Of a DNA stretch of 64,000 nt, positions 27,534 to 38,058 are shown one piece after another. How positions within the stretch are numbered: the stretch's first letter is position 1; each line of letters opens with the position of its first letter. The notes under the pieces were generated by a model that made no database searches, was not told the origin of the DNA, and saw nothing but the letters and a program-made list of their open reading frames with translations. The translations under genes were made by a program, and so were the position numbers. Source of the stretch: an uncultured Bacteroides sp. (GTDB lineage Bacteria > Bacillota > Clostridia > Oscillospirales > Acutalibacteraceae); NCBI GenBank assembly GCA_964535085.1, contig CAZHSE010000001.1, positions 230,956-294,955 on the forward strand, in the 5' to 3' direction.

Positions 27534-28844
27534 TCAAAGCTCGACATTCATAGGTTTTCCGTTCTTTTCTCTGGACTCATCGGCAAGATATACTGCAAGA
27601 TGACCTGCAACCGAATCAAAAATAGATGTGCAGGCAAGGCTTGGTTTTTCTCCCTGAAGGAATTTTACAAAATCAGCGGCAAGTCTTTCATCTCCTCCGC
27701 CGTGTCCTCCGTAGGCGCCGACCATATCTCCTTTAACATTGAGGTCAACCTCTTCAATGTCACATTCACCGTTATGTGCTTCGGGAGAAGGATTAATTTT
27801 TGAAACATAAAATTTCGACTCTTCAAAATTACCGTAAATTTCGCCCTTGGTGCCGATAATATGTATTCTTCTCATAGGTTCTGAAGAACCGCCTACCATA
27901 TTATGAGTACCTGTTGCACCGTTTGCAAAATTAATGAGTACAGACTGGTGGTCAACAATATTATTGTCACATTTATATATGCATCTTGCATAAGGGCTGT
28001 CGCTTTTCATCAATGCAATTTTGTCCTCTATTGTTGGATTTTCAATGCCTTCGAGTGCGTCCCATACATAGAAAGACCAGCGGTCGGGATGATCTATGTA
28101 AAGCCGTTTTGTGGAGAACAGGCAGGTGTCAACAAGAGGGCAATTTTTCATACAAATTGTGCCTGCTTCTTTTGGCGCATTTTCAGGCTTAAACTGATAT
28201 TTACTGCCAAATGAAGAAATCTGAACAGGCTTCGTATCAGCCATCATCCACATAATTATATCAAGGTCGTGACAGCATTTTGCAAGGAGCATTGAAGTGT
28301 GGCATTTATCCGAATTTGCCCATTTACCTCTGATGTAGGATGTTGACAGATGATGATATGATACATGCTCATTAGTCTGAATATTAATTATATCTCCGAT
28401 TTCGCCGTTTACAATTCTTTCTTTAATTCCGTAATAAAAGGGAGTATATCTGAGAACATGGCAAATCATAACCTTGGAGTTGTTTTTTCTTGCACATTCT
28501 ACAAGCTCTCTCATTTCTGTTTCATTAACGGCAAAGGGCTTTTCGAGGAGCATATCGTATCCGCAGTTTAAAAGAGGGATTGAAGTTTCAATATGCTGTT
28601 CGTCCATAGTGCCATTGATTATTGCGTCGGCAAGTTTGCCTTTTTTTGCAAGTTCCTGAGCATTTTCAAAACACATATCTTCTTTGAAATCAAAGTATTC
28701 CATACAGTGCTTTCTTCTGATAGGATTCGGGTCTGCAACGCCTACGATTTTAAGTTTGTCGGGGTCGGTTTTTGCCAGCTCACTGTAAACCATTGCTCTG
28801 TGACCTGCACCTACGATTATTGCTGTAACAGGTGAATTATTCAT
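27534..28844 (-). CDS. Gfo/Idh/MocA family oxidoreductase
   Basis: IVGAGHR, LLEKPFA, CHVLRY, KCCHDLD and GHGGGD motifs. Confidence 0.9.
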   Translation of the reverse strand: MNNSPVTAIIVGAGHRAMVYSELAKTDPDKLKIVGVADPNPIRRKHCMEYFDFKEDMCFENAQELAKKGKLADAIINGTMDEQHIETSIPLLNCGYDMLLEKPFAVNETEMRELVECARKNNSKVMICHVLRYTPFYYGIKERIVNGEIGDIINIQTNEHVSYHHLSTSYIRGKWANSDKCHTSMLLAKCCHDLDIIMWMMADTKPVQISSFGSKYQFKPENAPKEAGTICMKNCPLVDTCLFSTKRLYIDHPDRWSFYVWDALEGIENPTIEDKIALMKSDSPYARCIYKCDNNIVDHQSVLINFANGATGTHNMVGGSSEPMRRIHIIGTKGEIYGNFEESKFYVSKINPSPEAHNGECDIEEVDLNVKGDMVGAYGGHGGGDERLAADFVKFLQGEKPSLACTSIFDSVAGHLAVYLADESREKNGKPMNVEL

Positions 28845-28932
28845 AGATACTACCTCTTATATATAATTTTACATAATAATATACCAACAGCAGTAAAATG
28901 TAAAGTAAAAATATGATTTTATTTTTATTATG

Positions 28933-28961
28933 TTGACATGTTTTGTAAATCTATCTATAAT
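28933..28961 (+). promoter_or_regulatory. Sigma-A promoter of ABC pair
   Basis: TTGACA-17-TATAAT. Confidence 0.8.
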
Positions 28962-28993
28962 TAAATAAACTATTTATCAGTAAAGGTGAGATT

Positions 28994-30706
28994 TTGAAAA
29001 AACTTCTTTTTTATCTCAAAGGATACGTTAAAGAGTCAGTATTTGCTCCTCTTTTTAAATTGCTTGAAGCGTCATTTGAGCTTATTGTTCCTCTTGTCAT
29101 TGCTTCAATTATTGATAAGGGAATAAAAAATAATGACATAAATTATATAATCGGCAGAGGAGGAATATTAGTTGTTCTTGCTCTCGTGGGTATGACTGCC
29201 GCAATTACTGCCCAGTATTTTGCCGCAAAGGCCGCAACAGGCTTCGGAAGAGAACTAAGGCATTCCCTTTTTGAAAAAATACAGTCCCTTTCATTCAGTG
29301 AGCTTGACACTCTCGGTACGTCTTCTTTGATAACAAGAATGACAACTGATGTTAATCAGGTTCAAAACGGCGTAAATCTTATTTTAAGGCTGTTTCTGCG
29401 TTCACCGTTTATCGTTTTCGGCGCAATGGTTATGGCATTTTTTATTGATATAAAGTGTGCTCTTGTTTTTGTGGCGGCTATTGTCCTGCTTAGTGTAGTT
29501 ATTTTCGGTATCATGGCTTATACGATACCGAGGCACAGGAATGTTCAAAATAAACTTGACAGCGTTACACTTATTACAAGAGAAAATCTTGAAGGTGCAA
29601 GAGTTATAAGAGCTTTTACGGGAGAAGAAAATGAGATTAAAGAGTTTAACAGGAGGAATAATGCACTTTCTTCTTTTCAAAAGGCGGTAGGTAAGATTTC
29701 AGCCCTTTTAAATCCTGTAACCTATGTGATTATAAATTTAGCTATTGTCCTGCTTGTTTACACCGGTGCAGTTAAAGTAAATGCCGGTGATTTGTCTCAG
29801 GGACAGGTTGTAGCTTTATATAACTATATGAGCCAGATACTTGTTGAGCTCATTAAACTTGCGAACCTTATAGTTACGGTGACAAAGGCATTTGCCTCAG
29901 CTGACAGAATTAACGCTGTTTTTGAAAAGGAAAATACGCTTGAGCACAATAATAACAGAGATAAATCAGAAAGTTATATTGAATTTGATAATGTCGCACT
30001 TACTTATAAAGGAGCTTCCGGTGAGTCGCTGACAGATATATCCTTCAAGGCGAAAAGGGGAGACATCATAGGAATTATCGGCGGTACAGGCTCGGGAAAG
30101 TCAAGCCTTGTATCTCTGATACCTCATTTTTACGATGCGTCAAAGGGAACCGTTTTTGTTGACGGAAAGGATGTTAAATCCTGGGACGATGACGCATTGA
30201 GGCAAAAGGTCGGCTTCGTTCAGCAGAAAGCAGTATTATTTAAAGGTACGGTAAGAGATAACCTCAAATGGGGAAAAGAAAATGCAACTGATGATGAAAT
30301 TATTTCTGCCCTGAAATCAGCTCAGATTTATGATACCATTAAAGAAAAGGGCGGCCTTGATTTCTTTATCGAGCAAAACGGCTCTAACCTTTCAGGCGGT
30401 CAAAAACAACGAATTTCCGTTGCAAGAGCACTTGTCAGAGAGCCTGAAATTCTTATTCTTGATGATTCTTCGTCAGCCCTTGATTTTGCTACGGAGGCAA
30501 GAATGAGAGAAGTAATTTATTCTCTTAATTATAATCCTACGGTATTTATTGTTTCTCAGAGAGCATCGTCGGTTATGAGTGCGGATAAGATTATTGTTCT
30601 TGACGACGGAAAATGTGTTGGCTTCGCAAATCACAGCGAACTTCTTGAAAACTGTTGTGTATACCGTGAAATATACACTTCACAGTTTGGAAAGGAGAAA
30701 GCATAA
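28994..30706 (+). CDS. ABC exporter subunit (TMD+NBD), heterodimer half 1
   Basis: GGTGSGKS, LSGGQKQR and degenerate LILDD. Confidence 0.92.
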   Translation: MKKLLFYLKGYVKESVFAPLFKLLEASFELIVPLVIASIIDKGIKNNDINYIIGRGGILVVLALVGMTAAITAQYFAAKAATGFGRELRHSLFEKIQSLSFSELDTLGTSSLITRMTTDVNQVQNGVNLILRLFLRSPFIVFGAMVMAFFIDIKCALVFVAAIVLLSVVIFGIMAYTIPRHRNVQNKLDSVTLITRENLEGARVIRAFTGEENEIKEFNRRNNALSSFQKAVGKISALLNPVTYVIINLAIVLLVYTGAVKVNAGDLSQGQVVALYNYMSQILVELIKLANLIVTVTKAFASADRINAVFEKENTLEHNNNRDKSESYIEFDNVALTYKGASGESLTDISFKAKRGDIIGIIGGTGSGKSSLVSLIPHFYDASKGTVFVDGKDVKSWDDDALRQKVGFVQQKAVLFKGTVRDNLKWGKENATDDEIISALKSAQIYDTIKEKGGLDFFIEQNGSNLSGGQKQRISVARALVREPEILILDDSSSALDFATEARMREVIYSLNYNPTVFIVSQRASSVMSADKIIVLDDGKCVGFANHSELLENCCVYREIYTSQFGKEKA

Positions 30707-32448
30707 TGAATAATAAAAGTATATTAAAAAAAGTTTTCTCCTATATAGGAAAATATAAATATTACCTGCTGCTGTCTTTAGTTTTTGCAGCAGTAAGTGT
30801 CGGTATAACACTTTATATTCCTATTCTTATAGGCAATGCCATTGACTGCATAATCGGATTTAATGATGTTAATTTTGAAAAAATGATTTCAATTCTTGTT
30901 AAAGCAGTTATTCTTATCGGTATAACAGCTGTTATTCAGTGGCTTATGAATGTTTGCAATAACAAGATAACCTATAATGTGTCAAGAGATTTGAGACGTA
31001 AAGCATTTGAAAAGATAGAGATTTTGCCCTGCTCCTATCTTGACTCTCATCCTAAAGGTGATATTGTCAGCCGTGTTATAAGTGATGTTGACCAGCTTTC
31101 AGACGGACTTTTGATGGGATTTACTCAGTTTTTTACAGGTGTAATAACAATCCTCGGAACTTTGGCTTTTATGCTTTCCATTAATGTTTGGATAACACTT
31201 GTGGTAGTAATTGTTACACCTTTATCATTCTTCATTGCAAAATTTATTGCAAAGAAAACATATAAAATGTTCTCTCTTCAGTCCTCTGCAAGAGGAGAGC
31301 AGACTGCTTTTATTGACGAAATGATATCAAATCAAAAGGTTGCCGATGCCTATTCAATGGATGAAAAGAATCTTGAACGTTTTGATGAAATAAATGAACG
31401 CCTTGCCGATTATTCCTTAAAAGCAACATTCTATTCGTCTATAACAAATCCTGCAACAAGATTTGTAAACAGCATTGTATATGCAAGCGTGGCTATTTTC
31501 GGCGCAGTTATGGCAATTAAAGGCAATATAACGGTTGGTATTCTTTCCTGCTTTTTATCTTACGCAAATCAGTACACCAAGCCGTTTAATGAAATTAGCT
31601 CGGTAGTTACGGAGCTTCAGAATGCTTTTGCCTGTGCTTCAAGAATACTCAGCCTTATTGAAGAGGAAAGCGTTGAGCCGGATGATGAGAATGCAAAAGA
31701 GCTAAAAAATGTTTCGGGTAAGGTTGATATTGAAAATCTTAAATTTTCTTATACTCCCGAAAAGAGGCTTATTAAAAATCTTAACCTGTCGGTTAAACCC
31801 GGTATGACGGTCGCCATTGTCGGTCCCACCGGATGCGGAAAAACTACCTTGATAAATCTTCTTATGAGGTTTTACGAACCGCAAAATGGCGCAATTTTGG
31901 TTGACGGCGAAAATATTAAGGATTTTACAAAAAAATCTTTAAGGCAGAATTTCGGTATGGTTTTGCAGGATACTTGGCTTAAAAGCGGAACAATTGCTGA
32001 AAATATCAGACTTGCAAAGCCTGATGCAACAGATGAAGAAATTTTCGAAGCTGCAAAAAAAGCTCATTCCCATTCATTTATAAAAAAGCTCCCCGACGGT
32101 TATAACACTAAAATAGGGGAGGATGGCGGCTCAATTTCCCAGGGTCAGAAACAGCTTCTCTGTATTACGAGACTTATGCTTTCACCGCCGCCGATGCTGA
32201 TTCTTGATGAAGCAACATCGTCCATTGATACAAGAACGGAAATCAGAATCCAGCAGGCATTTGCTGTTTTAATGAAAGGAAGAACAACTTTCATTGTAGC
32301 TCACAGACTTTCAACAATTCAAAATGCCGATATCATTCTCGTAATGAAAAACGGAGACATAATAGAACAGGGAAATCACAAAGAGCTTTATGAAAAGAAA
32401 GGTTTTTACTACGATCTTTACAATTCCCAGTTTCCGAAGAAAGCATAA
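30706..32448 (+). CDS. ABC exporter subunit (TMD+NBD), heterodimer half 2
   Basis: GPTGCGKT, ISQGQKQ, LILDEATS and AHRLST motifs. Confidence 0.92.
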   Translation: MNNKSILKKVFSYIGKYKYYLLLSLVFAAVSVGITLYIPILIGNAIDCIIGFNDVNFEKMISILVKAVILIGITAVIQWLMNVCNNKITYNVSRDLRRKAFEKIEILPCSYLDSHPKGDIVSRVISDVDQLSDGLLMGFTQFFTGVITILGTLAFMLSINVWITLVVVIVTPLSFFIAKFIAKKTYKMFSLQSSARGEQTAFIDEMISNQKVADAYSMDEKNLERFDEINERLADYSLKATFYSSITNPATRFVNSIVYASVAIFGAVMAIKGNITVGILSCFLSYANQYTKPFNEISSVVTELQNAFACASRILSLIEEESVEPDDENAKELKNVSGKVDIENLKFSYTPEKRLIKNLNLSVKPGMTVAIVGPTGCGKTTLINLLMRFYEPQNGAILVDGENIKDFTKKSLRQNFGMVLQDTWLKSGTIAENIRLAKPDATDEEIFEAAKKAHSHSFIKKLPDGYNTKIGEDGGSISQGQKQLLCITRLMLSPPPMLILDEATSSIDTRTEIRIQQAFAVLMKGRTTFIVAHRLSTIQNADIILVMKNGDIIEQGNHKELYEKKGFYYDLYNSQFPKKA

Positions 32449-32479
32449 AAAACCACAGGTATTAGCCTGTGGTTTTTTT
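32447..32479. terminator. Bidirectional terminator
   Basis: aaaaaaccacagg-tattag-cctgtggtttttt. Confidence 0.85.
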
Positions 32480-32501
32480 ACAATAATTAAAGTATTTAAT
32501 T

Positions 32502-34028
32502 TTACTGATTGTTGCCCTGATCTTTAGCATTCTGCTCTGCGAGTCTTTCTGCTCTCTTGTCGGCAAGTTCAACAATCATCTGCTGCTGAAGGTCGCCGTG
32601 GATAGGATAGAGAATAAATGAAACGCCGTAAAGTCCTCTTGCAAGAGCAGGAAGGATACAGAACACTGCCCATATACCGTTAAGCATTGTTGTATCTGTC
32701 TGTGGAATAGCATTTCCGAGGGAGTCGGTAAGAGGTACATAATTAATCCATGTAAGTACCATACCTGAAAGCCAGCCTGTAACTGATGTGGCAAGTTTAC
32801 CGAAATATCCCTGAACGGTTGTAACAAGTGCTTCATTACGAAGACCGTGCTTCCATTCCATATAGTCAAGGGCTTCCGCAGTAACAATCTGACCGCTGAC
32901 ATTAAGAATTTTGTTAGGAAGTCCGCAGATTGTAAGAGCGAAGATTACCCAAATGAGATTGAGTATGTAGTGGTCGTGAAAATTCTGACCGAATGGGTGA
33001 TATCCGACAAAGAAAAGTCCCATATATGCAAAGAAACCAAATAAACCTGCGATTATGGATGTAGTTCTTGCACCAAGCTTCTTTACCATTTTAGCTGCAA
33101 GCGGAACCATAATGTAGTTAGGTATACCCGTGAACAGACCGCATATTGTCTGGTTCATAAGCGAACCTGTATTATTAAGCCAGAAATACTGTTCCGAAGA
33201 ACCGCCGACAGCTTTGAATGAGTTAAAGAAGTTAGCGAGAATAACAGCCAAAAGAGGTCTGTTTGTAATTATATTTTTAAGAGATTCAAGTACAGATGTT
33301 TCCCTGATTTCCTCACGGCTCATAAGCGGAACACGTTCACGCATATTGAAGAATCCGAAAACTGCAAATACTGCAGCGAGAATAAGCATAAAGTAAGCAA
33401 ATCCCGTATAAATACCGCGCATTGTAAACTTACTGCTGATTTTCGGAAGCAGAGTTACGAGCACAGGAACGAGAGAAGGCAGCCAAGTACCGAAAAGTTC
33501 AAAAAACTTAGTTGTAGTGATAAGGTTATTACGTTCATCGGTATTCGGAGTGATATTATAAATCATAAGTCCCCAGGCACCGAAGTAGCTCATTCCGAGA
33601 CCGTAAATTACAATAGCAACAGCCGCCCATATTACCTTTTGCGTAGCGTTAATATCGGGAGCAGAGAACATCATCGCTCCGCCTATAACCCACAAGGGAA
33701 GAGGAATTATAAAAAACGGTCTGATTCTGCCCCAACGTGTACGGGTACGGTCAATGATAAGTCCTGAAATTGTATCATCAACAGCATCATAGATTGAAGC
33801 AAAAAGGTTAATGTTTGCATAAGCAGTTGTATTCAGCTTAAGGAACTGAATCATAAAGAATTCCTTAAATGCGTCAACAAACTGTGTAAGGTTTTTTTGT
33901 CCGAAATTTACAAGCACATAAGCAGCAATTTCTTTTGGAGTAAGATAACGCTTATGAGTGTAGGCAAGCTTATCAAGCTCGTCCATTTCATCTTGAGTTA
34001 AATCTTCGGTAATAACATCTTCTGCCAA
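32502..34028 (-). CDS. MFS transporter, GPH (MFS_2) family
   Basis: YDAVDD..SG.IIDRTRTRWGRIRPF and WKHGLRNEA motifs. Confidence 0.88.
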   Translation of the reverse strand: MAEDVITEDLTQDEMDELDKLAYTHKRYLTPKEIAAYVLVNFGQKNLTQFVDAFKEFFMIQFLKLNTTAYANINLFASIYDAVDDTISGLIIDRTRTRWGRIRPFFIIPLPLWVIGGAMMFSAPDINATQKVIWAAVAIVIYGLGMSYFGAWGLMIYNITPNTDERNNLITTTKFFELFGTWLPSLVPVLVTLLPKISSKFTMRGIYTGFAYFMLILAAVFAVFGFFNMRERVPLMSREEIRETSVLESLKNIITNRPLLAVILANFFNSFKAVGGSSEQYFWLNNTGSLMNQTICGLFTGIPNYIMVPLAAKMVKKLGARTTSIIAGLFGFFAYMGLFFVGYHPFGQNFHDHYILNLIWVIFALTICGLPNKILNVSGQIVTAEALDYMEWKHGLRNEALVTTVQGYFGKLATSVTGWLSGMVLTWINYVPLTDSLGNAIPQTDTTMLNGIWAVFCILPALARGLYGVSFILYPIHGDLQQQMIVELADKRAERLAEQNAKDQGNNQ

Positions 34029-34220
34029 AAATATTCCCTCATTTCTTAGCCAATTACAGTGATAAAAAATTTAAATCAGCTTTGGCTTATTATATTGAAA
34101 ATAACAATAATTATAGTATCATATATCAAATTCTAAATCAATAGTTTTTAAAATTTAATTGTAAAAATTGATAATACACGAAATAATTTTTGTCAAAATA
34201 ATTATTATTTTGAAATTGTA

Positions 34221-34249
34221 TTGACAATGATAGAAAATAATTATAAAAT
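34221..34249 (+). promoter_or_regulatory. Sigma-A promoter
   Basis: TTGACA-17-TAAAAT. Confidence 0.7.
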
Positions 34250-34286
34250 AACTGAGTAAGTTATTTTTTGAAAGGGGTACAGTTTT

Positions 34287-35213
34287 ATGGCAAGTACCTG
34301 TCCTAATTGCGGAAAAAAATTACATATTTGGGATGTAAAAGCCGAATGTTCTGCATGCGGAGTGTCCATACCGAACTATAACTGGCAGGCAAGACTTGAA
34401 GAGGATAATATTAAGGCTGAAAAGCAGTTTGCTGTCTTTAACAAAACACTTAACAGAATTGCTTATTCGATTTGGGGTACTAAGCTCAGAATTGCAAGAC
34501 TTGTTCTAACTTTTCTTCCTGCTATCGGATTTATTCTTCCCTGGGCTACGATTAAGAGTGACGGAGAAAGCTTTGATTTAACTATCTATTCTTTATTTAA
34601 TGGTAATAAATCATTAATTGAGTTTTTCCAAAGCTTTTTCGGTGATACAAGTTTATTTTTTACAAATATGAAAATTGAGGGCTACAGCGGTGCTGTTACC
34701 TTTGGCTTTATAGGATATATCCTTTTTGTACTCAGTGCACTCTTTATAGTTATTGCATTTTTCCTGAATATCATTATGTGTAAGCATCCTAAAACAAAAT
34801 CAACCGTTGTTTTTGATGTTTTATCAATTTTGGCATCTGTTGCCTCTGTTGTAATATTTGTTGTGTCCGGCTCAATTAGTTCACAGCAGGTTGCTTATAA
34901 TTTCGGCGATATGGCGGTGTATAACGCATCTGCATCTGTTTCCTGGGGATATTTTGTTGCAATTGTTCTTCTTCTTACCGCTATGGGTATTAATATTGCC
35001 GTAGCTAAGGCTCCTGCAAAGAGTGATGAGCAGCTTGAAGAGGAAAGACTGGCAAGAAAAGCCGCTAAAGATGAAAAAGAACATCAGAAAGAAATAGAAA
35101 AAGAAAAAGCCCGTGAGGCTGCTGCAAAGGCTGATGAAGAAGAACAGAAGAAAACTGTTGAAGAAGCAAAAGCTAAGCTCGCTGCTAAGGCGGAAAAAAG
35201 AAAAAAGAAATAA
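34287..35213 (+). CDS. Membrane protein with N-terminal zinc ribbon and charged C-terminal tail
   Basis: CPNC-x13-CSAC; about 4 TM; E/K-rich tail; GAAAGGGG SD. Confidence 0.8.
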   Translation: MASTCPNCGKKLHIWDVKAECSACGVSIPNYNWQARLEEDNIKAEKQFAVFNKTLNRIAYSIWGTKLRIARLVLTFLPAIGFILPWATIKSDGESFDLTIYSLFNGNKSLIEFFQSFFGDTSLFFTNMKIEGYSGAVTFGFIGYILFVLSALFIVIAFFLNIIMCKHPKTKSTVVFDVLSILASVASVVIFVVSGSISSQQVAYNFGDMAVYNASASVSWGYFVAIVLLLTAMGINIAVAKAPAKSDEQLEEERLARKAAKDEKEHQKEIEKEKAREAAAKADEEEQKKTVEEAKAKLAAKAEKRKKK

Positions 35214-35223
35214 TAAACTCTTT

Positions 35224-35255
35224 GAGAAGCGATTTTTTAATCGCTTCTCTTTTTT
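35224..35255 (+). terminator. Intrinsic terminator
   Basis: gagaagcgatt-tttt-aatcgcttctc plus T run. Confidence 0.85.
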
Positions 35256-35304
35256 CTTGACCTGATGCTTGTGTTTTGATATAATGATTATTAGGTGATG
35301 AATA

Positions 35305-35892
35305 ATGGATAATAATACTGACATTGTTTCAAATAGAATTAGTAAAAAGAATAAATTGAGTAAAAATACTAAGGCAGTAATAATAATTTTAACCGTTGTT
35401 GCCGTAGTTGGAGTAATTATTGCAGTTTGTGCAGCTAATAAAACGGCACTTACTTCAGAGCTTACATATGCATTTATGCCGAAAGTTATTGACACAAGCG
35501 ATTATGATTCTAACTTGGATTTAGTTTTATATGTTGAAAAGAACAAGGATTTTGATGCCAAAAAAGATGCGAAAGAACCTTTGAAGGCATTCAAATATTA
35601 CTATTATGATGACAACGAAGAAAAGGTTTCTCTCAATTATGATGACGTGGTTTTCGAGGGTACGGATAATGAAATGATGGCCTGTGCCCAGTTTTATTAT
35701 GAAGCCGCCGAAGGCCTGAGCAGTTTTCTTAGAGTTGTTAAAATTATTGCAGCGGTGTTGGCGGTATTGCTTGTTATAGGCGGTTTGGTATTGTGGTTTA
35801 TTTTGTGGTCCAAAAAGTACGATAAAGAAAAAGAAGCCTATAATCAAAAGGTTAATCAGTCAGGCAAAAGCAAAAATAATAAGAAGAAATAA
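35305..35892 (+). CDS. Hypothetical membrane protein (2 TM flanking a soluble loop)
   Basis: Own promoter TTGACC-17-TATAAT; AGGTGA SD; two hydrophobic helices. Confidence 0.75.
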   Translation: MDNNTDIVSNRISKKNKLSKNTKAVIIILTVVAVVGVIIAVCAANKTALTSELTYAFMPKVIDTSDYDSNLDLVLYVEKNKDFDAKKDAKEPLKAFKYYYYDDNEEKVSLNYDDVVFEGTDNEMMACAQFYYEAAEGLSSFLRVVKIIAAVLAVLLVIGGLVLWFILWSKKYDKEKEAYNQKVNQSGKSKNNKKK

Positions 35893-35970
35893 CAGTCGAG
35901 AGCAGGCTTTTTGCTTGCTCTTAACTTTACTTTTAAATAATACTTAAACATTTTACAAGAGGTAAATTTT

Positions 35971-38043
35971 ATGAGTTATGATATGCTTTTTTCGCCTATG
36001 AAAATAGGAAATGTTGAAGTTAAAAACAGAGTTGTTATGGCACCTATGTGTATGGGCTTCGGGCAGTATAACGGTTGTGCAACTGAAACAATGATGGACT
36101 ATTATGAAGAACGTGCTAAAGGCGGAGTAGGTCTCATTTTTACTGAAATTACACGCGTAAACGACGTTACAGGTGCTTCCTCATTTGGCCAGCTCGGTAT
36201 GAGTCATGATTATCAGATTCCCGCACTTAAGGAAATGGCTGACAGAATACATAAGCACGGCTGTAAGATTATGGTTGAGCTTCATCATCCGGGAAGACAG
36301 AATCTCGGATTAATGATAGGTACTGTTCCTATTTGCAATGTAGGAAGCAGGATTATGGGAGATTTGTATACAAAGATTCTCACAGGCTGTGTTATTCCTC
36401 CCGGAAAGAAGCTTCAGGATAAAGATATTGTTCCGCGCGTAGTTGCTCCGAGCAAATGCGAAAAAAGTAAAATGAGTGAAAGTGTCAACAGACCGCTTTC
36501 CAATAAAGGCGTAAAGAAACTTATATGCCAGTTTATTGAAGGTGCTGTCAGAGTGCAGAAAGCAGGATGTGACGGAGTTGAGCTTCATGCCGCTCACGGA
36601 TATTTGATTCAGCAGTTTTTGTCTCCTAATACTAATCATCGTACAGATGAGTACGGAGGAAGTCTGGAGAACAGAATGAGATTTCTCCTTGAGATTATCA
36701 GAGGAATAAGAAAAAACTGCGGTAAAGATTTTCCTATAGTAGTTCGTCTTTCGGTTGATGAAATGTACAGCAGGATAGGCAAACCCCAAAAGGGTTACAA
36801 TCTTGACGAAGGTCTCAGAATGGCAAAAATTCTCAGCGATGAGGGAATAGATGCAATAGATGTTTCTTCTGCCACTTATGATACCTTTAACTACTGGCTT
36901 GAACCCACAACCTTTGATTGCGGATGGAGAAAGTATCTTGCAGAAGAAGTTAAAAAGGTTGTCGATGTTCCGGTAATTGCGGCAAATCTTATTCGTTCAC
37001 CTCAGCAGGCTGAGAAACAGCTTGAGGACGGTATTCAGGATTTCGTAGCTCTCGGAAGACCTCTTATCGCCGATCCACACTGGGTTGAAAAAGTCGAAAA
37101 GGGAAATGAGAATTTAATTAAGAGATGCGTCGGTTGTCTTTATTGCTTTGAAAGTATGATGCATAATGCTTATAACTACGACCACGGAAAATGCTCTGTA
37201 AATCCGTTTGTCGGCAGGGAAAAGACTACCTTTGCCAAAAACGGGAACGGAAGAAAAGCCGTAATTATCGGTGCAGGTTCGGCAGGTCTTACTGCCGCTG
37301 AGCTTCTTGCTGACAGAGGATTTAATGTTACTGTTCTTGAAAAAGAGAATAATGCGGGCGGTCAGTTAAATCTTGCCAGCAAACCGCCTCATAAGGAAAA
37401 ACTTAACTGGGTTTGTACCGATTTGCTTAGCAATGTACTTAATAAAAATGTTGAGGTCAAGTTTAATACAAAGGCTGATAAAGCTCTTATTGACAGTATG
37501 AAGCCTGATATTGTTATTAATGCAACAGGAGGAAATGCTATTCATCCAAAGGCCTTTGCGGGTGAAAATGTTTCAACTGTTACTGAAATTCTTGACGGTA
37601 CGGTTAAACTTGAAAATAAAAGGGTTGCCGTTATCGGTTCGGGTATGACAGGACTTGAAACAAGTGAGCTTCTTGTTTCACAGGGCAACAGGGTAACTAT
37701 TGTTGAAATGGCTGATGATATCGCTCCGGGTGCATGGTTTCAGCATGTTGATGATGCTATGCCGAAGCTGAATGAAGCAGAAACCGAATTTCTCACAGGT
37801 CATAAGCTGCTTGCTGTTAGACCGAATGGTATTGAGCTTGAAAAACTCATCAGCGGTACAAAGATTTTTGTTGAGGCTGATTATGTAGTTTTGTCACTCG
37901 GCGTAAGACCCGATACAGCTTTATTTGATGAAATTAAAGACTCAAAAGATTACAAAGTGTATAACATAGGTGACAGCGTTAAAATAGGCAGAATTGCAAA
38001 TGCCACCGAATCTGCTTATCAGCTTGTTTCACAGATTAATTAG
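35971..38043 (+). CDS. NADH:flavin oxidoreductase (Old Yellow Enzyme + Fe-S + FAD domains)
   Basis: NRVVMAPM, ELHAAHGYLIQQFLSP, RTDEYGGSLENR, CVGCLYC..CSVNP and IGAGSAG motifs. Confidence 0.92.
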   Translation: MSYDMLFSPMKIGNVEVKNRVVMAPMCMGFGQYNGCATETMMDYYEERAKGGVGLIFTEITRVNDVTGASSFGQLGMSHDYQIPALKEMADRIHKHGCKIMVELHHPGRQNLGLMIGTVPICNVGSRIMGDLYTKILTGCVIPPGKKLQDKDIVPRVVAPSKCEKSKMSESVNRPLSNKGVKKLICQFIEGAVRVQKAGCDGVELHAAHGYLIQQFLSPNTNHRTDEYGGSLENRMRFLLEIIRGIRKNCGKDFPIVVRLSVDEMYSRIGKPQKGYNLDEGLRMAKILSDEGIDAIDVSSATYDTFNYWLEPTTFDCGWRKYLAEEVKKVVDVPVIAANLIRSPQQAEKQLEDGIQDFVALGRPLIADPHWVEKVEKGNENLIKRCVGCLYCFESMMHNAYNYDHGKCSVNPFVGREKTTFAKNGNGRKAVIIGAGSAGLTAAELLADRGFNVTVLEKENNAGGQLNLASKPPHKEKLNWVCTDLLSNVLNKNVEVKFNTKADKALIDSMKPDIVINATGGNAIHPKAFAGENVSTVTEILDGTVKLENKRVAVIGSGMTGLETSELLVSQGNRVTIVEMADDIAPGAWFQHVDDAMPKLNEAETEFLTGHKLLAVRPNGIELEKLISGTKIFVEADYVVLSLGVRPDTALFDEIKDSKDYKVYNIGDSVKIGRIANATESAYQLVSQIN

Positions 38044-38058
38044 TTTTGAGAGGTTTTT

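Noticed and set aside
34881-35495. 204-aa antisense ORF and the many other short shadow ORFs in the track
   Set aside because: They overlap well-supported genes on the opposite strand or another frame, mirror their low-complexity codons, and lack SD or domain motifs.
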